Positions 59,101 to 64,000 of a stretch of 64,000 nucleotides of DNA are shown piece after piece; position 1 is the first letter of the stretch; every line of letters begins with the position of its first letter. The notes under the pieces are model-generated. The model worked only from the letters and a program-made list of their open reading frames with translations, did not search any database and had not been told where the DNA came from. Location: positions 1-64,000 of the IMG/VR virus record IMGVR_UViG_3300044658_000017. One strand, given 5' to 3'. The translations under genes were made by a program, and so were the position numbers. The stretch comes from a virus (lineage: Duplodnaviria; Caudoviricetes).

Positions 59101-60840
59101 GAAGCTGGAAAACTTCAGGACATTAAAAAGGGATTTGGTAAGGTAAGAACAGCTACTGCATTTGTAACTAATTTCCTTAATCTTATCAGGGGACTTAGAC
59201 TTGGATGGAACTTATCTTCAGGTATAACAAACTTTGCTGAAGGTTATACATCTAATATGATACTAGCTGCTGGAGGAGAGTATTTCAATCCTGAAGAGAT
59301 ATATTATGCATACTCTGTAATAAGAGGTTCATGGGTAAAGAATCTTACATTTGGTAAACGTGTAAGCCGTGCTGCAAATAAGGCTAGAATACTTATGGAT
59401 AGATTTAATGTACTTATGGATTCAAAAAATGAATTACAGAAGGCTACATTAAAGACTAATCTATCTAAACTTGAAGCACTTAATCCATATGAAATTAATG
59501 CAAGAGTTGAGTATCTTAACCAAGCTCCTGTAATGATTGCTATGCTTAGGAGTACTATAATTAAGGATAAGAATGGTAAAGAGGCTTCAGTATGGAATGC
59601 TTTAGGTGATGATGGTAATTTGATAGAAGACTTCAGAACAGAAGAGAACATCAACAACTGGGAAAAACTCATCAATAAAGATTACCTAGCCTTCAAAAAT
59701 AAACTAAATCAGGCTATTGTAGTAGGTCATGGTAACTATGATGATCTCCGGGGTATGATGGCAAAATCCGGTTTAACCGGCAAAGCTCTGATGATGTTTA
59801 AGACCTGGCTTCCTATGCAAATTTATTGGAGGTTTGGAGAAGAACAGGTAAATCTGAAAACCGGCAAAACGGTTAAAGGAAGATATAGGAGCTTTACCCC
59901 CGGCAGTGCAGCTACTTTTGCTGCTGGTGTTGGTTTTGCTGCTTTTGGGCCTGTAGGGATAGCTTTAGGAGGTTTGGGATATGCTGCCGGCAAATTCTTT
60001 GGAGTAGAAACAGAACTTGGAGCTTTACGGGAACTGGTTACAGTTAATAAGTTATTATTTAAGAAGGCCATAGGGATGCCAGTAAATATACTTGCAGGAA
60101 GAAACTTAGTTAAGAGCAATGATGACTTCTCTGATTGGGTTGGTAAGGGTAAGTTTACAGCATTAGATGCTCGTAATCTAAGGGGTAATATGGCTGAGTT
60201 ATCTATAATGATGACTACATTAGCATTAACTCTACTTATTAAATCCTTATTCTGGCATGATGACGATGATAAAGATAGTGCTGAAAGACAGTTTCATAAT
60301 GTAGCAGTTAACAAACTTATGCAGTTAAGTTCTCAAGCTATGATGTATGTCAATCCTTCTGAGACATGGAAGAATGTATTTGGTGACATTGGAGTACTTA
60401 AGTTTCTTACTGATTGTGGTACTGAACTTAAACATCTTGAAGAATTAATGACTGGAACTGACCCCGGTGGTACTAAAACATGGAGGCAAACAAAGAAACT
60501 GTTTCTTCCGGGCCTATTTAAAGACCTTAATTTAAAGTTAGGCTTTGGTACACAAATGGAAAAGCAATTTACTCCTTCACCTTTCGATGACTGGTTTAAG
60601 TCTGAAGAAGTAGTAACTGCTAAGAAAGAAAAACTTGAGAGACAAAACCTCAATGAAAAGCTAAAGGAAATGGGGTATAAAGATCAAAAACAAAGATTGC
60701 AAATTATTAACATGGAAATGCCTACTACAAAGCAACTTAATAAGAAAGGTTATACAAGAGAAGAATGGGAGGAAGAAAACAGAGATTGGGAAAGACCAGA
60801 ACCATTAGTACCTGAAGCTGAAGAGCAAGAACAACAATAG
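56107..60840 (+). CDS. Large virion cargo/ejection protein, 1577 aa
   Basis: Follows vRNAP; helical; C-terminal Gly-rich hydrophobic segments (AAGVGFAAFGPVGIALGGLGYAAG; LSIMMTTLALTLLIKSLF). Confidence 0.65.
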   Translation: MKCIQDVKFDIIDKIREDLIKGGLFSTGPTIDNVIAKVSKEEVEPVVKELNHMYKESLVTLQVSNDQISLAINPSDELAQKYLNQYKQIKIDPENVPFSEEQTERGYILDNTGPNTAQNLSPLEEEETVGVFEQFIRHKQRLQTFLEQRLADIQKELKNPKTTQARRVELNNLRLSIKHKLEGDSAKGITGLIGEISDLKKNANIDAVGYYVEKDLARLKELTKSNNPLDIKEARTIIDFYDAAGTFQSDRENPFFPQNQMFFFDENDKQTPDYKLGEETMNQFKQWRDIAMGFAPAIDLKAKEVTVSNFNSNKGVQSVYEGKEFNFDEIVHTKEGLKDVDWVSAWAMDVTQSIFSKSAQLAQVMHSILVDAIEKHENFSRDYAKRIEEITPKVNKVLAEISNGKYKLKAFGILGINGVTYDLFLDTTKNGMQTGTLVQRFTKEFVDSQVDQSNQMKQDFEHARTSDDTVKANLYNTAFEKNKQWKRANTIMMNPALIDEIISDPEYAEFKKDGVTEDQKKEHKEQLVKLLGERGYKEEIQRQKELLTRFLADRASYTNAQMVAEGVNSEDKLSAHSKFIIKQWNLQHNPTYGVQDYFAAGGLFVDNRKVNTYMDYNNTIPRANKTKITAVNGQLQFEDTNQSTGYYNDKFKTIDSDETLREFYDLVKEGIEKIIESAPYELQKSLPAMTLPTLMKSTTEFLMDNHNGTLKMLSSAWRRLWDRIRLSFGLIQQSEVSYAVKDPITGKYNYKVNDSFLQGNQRAVKERSIIEKSKFIQAYNLGRTKGRLESINRFSIVPLNEMNPSALAHLAQLLHVDISMSEIQAGKIDKIRNIIGESVSIGKIIRDYSVHSVVQSQSFDLPKLMKHFTNLAAAYAARTETLPMMEIMKAHYEGIKNPKTTNIGKPILNMVENAIASEGDRKRAIQQMEDWFQRVMLNNYGLKHAGVFGFKTKTEKDDNTGKVSTKIPLIGEHIYSNEEKQKIKEIDELLSKGGLSDAEAGKLQDIKKGFGKVRTATAFVTNFLNLIRGLRLGWNLSSGITNFAEGYTSNMILAAGGEYFNPEEIYYAYSVIRGSWVKNLTFGKRVSRAANKARILMDRFNVLMDSKNELQKATLKTNLSKLEALNPYEINARVEYLNQAPVMIAMLRSTIIKDKNGKEASVWNALGDDGNLIEDFRTEENINNWEKLINKDYLAFKNKLNQAIVVGHGNYDDLRGMMAKSGLTGKALMMFKTWLPMQIYWRFGEEQVNLKTGKTVKGRYRSFTPGSAATFAAGVGFAAFGPVGIALGGLGYAAGKFFGVETELGALRELVTVNKLLFKKAIGMPVNILAGRNLVKSNDDFSDWVGKGKFTALDARNLRGNMAELSIMMTTLALTLLIKSLFWHDDDDKDSAERQFHNVAVNKLMQLSSQAMMYVNPSETWKNVFGDIGVLKFLTDCGTELKHLEELMTGTDPGGTKTWRQTKKLFLPGLFKDLNLKLGFGTQMEKQFTPSPFDDWFKSEEVVTAKKEKLERQNLNEKLKEMGYKDQKQRLQIINMEMPTTKQLNKKGYTREEWEEENRDWERPEPLVPEAEEQEQQ

Positions 60841-60857
60841 TATAAATACGGTACGTT

Positions 60858-60900
60858 AAAAAGGGGAGTAAGCCGGGGTTGATTCCAGCTTCTCCCCTTT
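60858..60900. terminator. Bidirectional terminator between convergent gene blocks
   Basis: AAAGGGGAG..AAGC...GCTT.CTCCCCTTT; A-run on the left and T-run on the right. Confidence 0.8.
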
Positions 60901-60909
60901 CATTTTTAA

Positions 60910-61272
60910 TTACGGGTAAACAAAGACTACAGTATAAGATTGTACTCCATAAGCTAGTGGCTGGCTCATATCAGGTGTCATATAATATGCCTGTTGCCAT
61001 CCCGGATTAAAGTCAAATAGTATTGTGTGGAATGTGTTGGTACTAAACCCATAGGGGTCTGTGTAATAAGTAATATCAATGTAGTACTGAGTTTCTTCAG
61101 TTACTGCACTCTGTAAGGTCATCAAAAATCCTGCATACTTTCCTCCTACATTGTGGGGAACAATAGAACTGATTCCGGGGCCGAAAGTAACAGTTTTTGA
61201 TCTTTGTGTACTAGCATCTGTCATTGATACTGTAATCAATGCCAGTAGCAAACTAAGGATTAACCTTTTCAT
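60910..61272 (-). CDS. Secreted/periplasmic protein with signal peptide, 120 aa
   Basis: MKRLILSLLLALITVSMTDA signal; beta-rich mature part. Confidence 0.7.
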   Translation of the reverse strand: MKRLILSLLLALITVSMTDASTQRSKTVTFGPGISSIVPHNVGGKYAGFLMTLQSAVTEETQYYIDITYYTDPYGFSTNTFHTILFDFNPGWQQAYYMTPDMSQPLAYGVQSYTVVFVYP

Positions 61273-61304
61273 TTGTTTTGATTTTATGGTTTGATAATGA
61301 TTAA

Positions 61305-61694
61305 CTATTCTTCATCCCACGGAGCAGATTCTTCTGATTGAAACTGATCTTTTCTTACTACCTCTGTATCTTCATCAGGGTTAAGATAACTCTTCAAGTT
61401 TCTAAACTGATTGTTATTTCCTTTATCCCAAACAGTACCACATTGAGGACATTGCCAAACTCCTGTAGATATTTGGCCATGTATTATATCAACACTATTC
61501 AGTTTAGTGAAATGAAGTTGATTAGTAGGAGTATAACCATAGTTTTCCTGAGCTATGGCAAGTAATTCTTTTTGACTCTTACCTTTAAATACATCAAGTG
61601 TAGATAGTTTTTCAAGAACATCACCATCATCCCATCCCATTTCACACACAGGACATTGACCGTATCTGTTTAATGTCTTCGTAGACTCTGACAT
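61305..61694 (-). CDS. Zn-finger protein
   Basis: CPVC...WDDGD and WQCPQC pairs. Confidence 0.7.
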   Translation of the reverse strand: MSESTKTLNRYGQCPVCEMGWDDGDVLEKLSTLDVFKGKSQKELLAIAQENYGYTPTNQLHFTKLNSVDIIHGQISTGVWQCPQCGTVWDKGNNNQFRNLKSYLNPDEDTEVVRKDQFQSEESAPWDEE

Positions 61695-62079
61695 AATCCA
61701 TTGTTTTATTATTTTTGAAGTAATAGCTGGCTATCTTTTTAAAAATTTTAGATTCTGATTTGTATATATCTAAGTTTCTACTAAAGACAGCATCATTATA
61801 AACAATGTAGTCTCTGATCTTTTCTCTCATGGAGACTGCACTTGTATGATCTCTCAACATTGCTGCTGCTATCCTTCTGACACCAGCATGTTTTCTTGGA
61901 AGAAATATGGTGATATAAGCAAAGATTTCACGACACTGAGTAAGATTTCTTGATTTACTCTTAGACAGTATCTCGGTTGGCTTTACTTTGAATATCATAC
62001 ATATTTCATCTAATATATCATCCAAAGGAATAAGTAGTTCTTGTTCCAGCTTAATCCTTCTATCTCTTATTCTAGCCAT
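61642..62079 (-). CDS. Stand-alone DnaA C-terminal (domain IV)-like HTH protein
   Basis: I..IC..F.V....ILSKSKSRNL..CR.IF.Y....RIAAAM.RDHTSA....KI parallels the Bac_DnaA_C signature (R..I...R...MYL...IG..F.RDHTTV). Confidence 0.75.
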   Translation of the reverse strand: MARIRDRRIKLEQELLIPLDDILDEICMIFKVKPTEILSKSKSRNLTQCREIFAYITIFLPRKHAGVRRIAAAMLRDHTSAVSMREKIRDYIVYNDAVFSRNLDIYKSESKIFKKIASYYFKNNKTMDYVRVYEDIKQIRSMSCV

Positions 62080-62090
62080 AGAAATAGGTT

Positions 62091-62396
62091 TTAATTCAGA
62101 ATAGGGTTTCCCTGAAAATGAAGATTAAATATCTTCACTTGAAAGTCTTTTATGAATCGTTGGTTTTCACCTTCTGAATACCAATAGGTATAACCATCTT
62201 TTCTATTCTCCCAATAATAGACAAGAAGTGAATTTGGCCTTAACTGTTTATCAATCTCTATGCTAATTAGAACTTCTTCGATAAGTTCAGGTAAAGTTTT
62301 TCCTATTTCAAAACCCATTTGAATATGTTCTATTGAAATAAAGAAAGTTCCTGTTACATATTGTCTATCTCCTCCTTGTCGTCTTCTTGGAAACAT
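62091..62396 (-). CDS. Hypothetical protein, 101 aa
   Basis: ORF track. Confidence 0.65.
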   Translation of the reverse strand: MFPRRRQGGDRQYVTGTFFISIEHIQMGFEIGKTLPELIEEVLISIEIDKQLRPNSLLVYYWENRKDGYTYWYSEGENQRFIKDFQVKIFNLHFQGNPILN

Positions 62397-62407
62397 AGTA
62401 TTTATTT

Positions 62408-63151
62408 TTAGAACAAGGAGAGTAGCTTATAACCTATGCCTATACCGGCTTGAGGTGTAAACTGTACTGTACCTTGAAGTGGTATACCATAACCACCATA
62501 TAGAAAAAGACAAACTCTTTTCTGTCTTTCTTTAGGTACATCTACTTTATATACTCTCATTGCTGTAGTGGAAGAATAGGGATTATGATTAATTACATCT
62601 GCAAACCATGTTTTATCTTTAGGGTCTTTTCCTATAATCACATCGTAACTGTTAATTACTTTAAGATTAAAGAAAGTGGAATCTTTATTCATCTTTAGGT
62701 TAGCAGTAAACCACTTATTAGTGATTAGTTTTTTATAAGTAGGATATACGATAACAGAACCACTATCAACATGATTAGGTATATACACCTGATCTGTCTT
62801 ACTTGAATCTGCTATTTTAGTTTCTCCTTTGACTACAGTAACAGAACCACCAGTTTTTAATTGTTTTTCATACTTCTTTACTACATTCTGTAGTGCAGTA
62901 ATGGCTGAATCATTACTTTTCATAATCAAAATATCCTCCACCTTTTCGGACATTAATATATCAATTTGAGCTAATTGACTACTATCATTTAGCTTAAATG
63001 TATGCAGACTGTCTGTAAGAGCTTGAATAAGGTTTGTTTGATTAGATATTGTGTCATCTTTTCTCTTGTTGCTACAGCCTAAGCAATATAGCAAAATAGC
63101 TACTACTAAAATCAGGATTGCCGATAACCTTGTAAGGAACTGATTACTCAT
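62408..63151 (-). CDS. Putative lipoprotein / envelope protein (spanin-like candidate)
   Basis: TM plus lipobox-like CLG-C, coiled coil, C-terminal amphipathic beta strands ending in Phe. Confidence 0.55.
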   Translation of the reverse strand: MSNQFLTRLSAILILVVAILLYCLGCSNKRKDDTISNQTNLIQALTDSLHTFKLNDSSQLAQIDILMSEKVEDILIMKSNDSAITALQNVVKKYEKQLKTGGSVTVVKGETKIADSSKTDQVYIPNHVDSGSVIVYPTYKKLITNKWFTANLKMNKDSTFFNLKVINSYDVIIGKDPKDKTWFADVINHNPYSSTTAMRVYKVDVPKERQKRVCLFLYGGYGIPLQGTVQFTPQAGIGIGYKLLSLF

Positions 63152-63396
63152 ACTTGATAGTTTGTAAGGGTTTTAGAATAATAGTCTACTTGTTTTTCAT
63201 AATAATAACGGATATTTTTCTCGTAGTAATCCTTAGGCATAAACTGTGTTATATGATCTGGTAAAGGTTCACTACTATTAACAAATGTACGTAGAATTTC
63301 TGGTGTAAAGTCCCTCCTCAAGTTACAAAACAGAGTATAAGTATCAGCTAAGGCTAGTTCTGATGATACTTTAGTTACATCTACTGTAATGATCAT
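63148..63396 (-). CDS. Hypothetical protein, 82 aa
   Basis: ORF track; 4-bp overlap with the next gene. Confidence 0.65.
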   Translation of the reverse strand: MIITVDVTKVSSELALADTYTLFCNLRRDFTPEILRTFVNSSEPLPDHITQFMPKDYYEKNIRYYYEKQVDYYSKTLTNYQV

Positions 63397-63399
63397 GGT

Positions 63400-63711
63400 T
63401 TAGTTAGTGGTTTTATCGTTTAGGATTGCTATTGCATAAGGTACAATATTTCTTATTTCCTGTCTACGTGGGCCAGCAATTCTTCCTAAAAGTTCGACTC
63501 TTGTTGTAAAGATGGGTAATTTATAAACAACTCTTGTTGTTTTACCATAGTATCTATCATTAATTTCTACTTCTTTTCTTGTAACATAACAAGCTACATA
63601 ATCATTACTATTAACATGAGTAGCTATTATTTTATCATTTTCCCACACTTCATATAGATACTTACCTCTCTTTATATTTATCTCTCTTTTAGTCATTTTC
63701 AATTCTAACAT
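63400..63711 (-). CDS. Hypothetical protein, 103 aa
   Basis: ORF track. Confidence 0.65.
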   Translation of the reverse strand: MLELKMTKREINIKRGKYLYEVWENDKIIATHVNSNDYVACYVTRKEVEINDRYYGKTTRVVYKLPIFTTRVELLGRIAGPRRQEIRNIVPYAIAILNDKTTN

Positions 63712-63724
63712 AAGAAAGATTTAA

Positions 63725-63744
63725 AAGAGGGGTTTCCCCCTCTT
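63725..63744 (-). terminator. Intrinsic terminator hairpin
   Basis: AAGAGGGG-tttc-CCCCTCTT with T-run on the minus strand. Confidence 0.7.
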
Positions 63745-63745
63745 A

Positions 63746-64000
63746 TTAATGGTAATGGAAACAATGCTCACTATAGATTTCGATAACTAAAAACTTACCG
63801 GGAATAACATCAGTATCCACTGTTTTATTTGTTACTCTCCATGTTGGAATGTTGGTATACTCAGATTCTGTATTAACTGGTACATCTTTAGGTACAGCCC
63901 AGTTATATACCTCGATAATATCAGTCATCTCTTCACCATCTTCTAACCAAGCACACTCTTCAGAGATTACACCTATTACTTTAATAACCTCAGTAATATC
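63746..64000 (-). CDS. Hypothetical protein, 5'-truncated by the window end
   Basis: The frame of the 60-aa ORF stays open to 64000 (..DITEVIKVIGVISEECAWLEDGEE-MTDIIEV..). Confidence 0.6.
   Translation of the reverse strand, partial: DITEVIKVIGVISEECAWLEDGEEMTDIIEVYNWAVPKDVPVNTESEYTNIPTWRVTNKTVDTDVIPGKFLVIEIYSEHCFHYH

Noticed and set aside
1-64000. Stop-codon reassignment (TAG or TGA), known in some crAss-like phages
   Set aside because: Very long ORFs (4266, 1604, 1577 aa) are intact in the standard code, and TAG and TGA end genes at sensible boundaries (10855, 16071, 60840; 31010, 56105)
1-64000. tRNA genes, CRISPR array, DGR/retron RT, integrase
   Set aside because: No cloverleaf with proper acceptor and T arms, no regularly spaced repeat-spacer array and no RT or recombinase motifs seen; intergenic space is small. 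A tRNAscan/Infernal run would be needed to exclude atypical RNAs

Overview
The window is 64 kb of an AT-rich, crAss-like (Crassvirales-related) Bacteroidota phage genome read in the standard genetic code. It has three parts. (1) 1-2724: small minus-strand early-type genes, including a RepL-like initiator, then a structured divergent intergenic region (about 2725-3276). (2) 3277-60840: one long plus-strand late/virion block. In order it encodes a wHTH protein, an IHF/HU-like protein, a GH19 endolysin, tail-fibre-like genes, putative TerS, TerL, portal, scaffold-like protein, major capsid protein, conserved crAss head/neck genes, Cys-rich FN3/EGF-like proteins, a PD-(D/E)xK nuclease, tail tube/muzzle genes and four large cargo genes. 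One cargo gene is a 4266-aa virion RNA polymerase with a DFDID catalytic loop and a C-terminal HExxH zincin. (3) 60910-64000: convergent minus-strand small genes, including a stand-alone DnaA domain-IV-like protein. Family calls come from motif recognition and synteny; no database search was run. Most unusual observations: a cargo protein built of modules separated by repeated [YFHM]-A-x-G-G linkers; strong avoidance of several restriction-type sites (GGATC, GGWCC, CCWGG, CTGCAG); tandem palindromic operators upstream of repL; a 21-bp inverted repeat at the strand switch; two recurring pre-start-codon motifs (CTGATTTGTAG, AAACTTACAG); and an apparently split muzzle gene. I found no tRNA, CRISPR array, intron/intein, integrase or reverse transcriptase.
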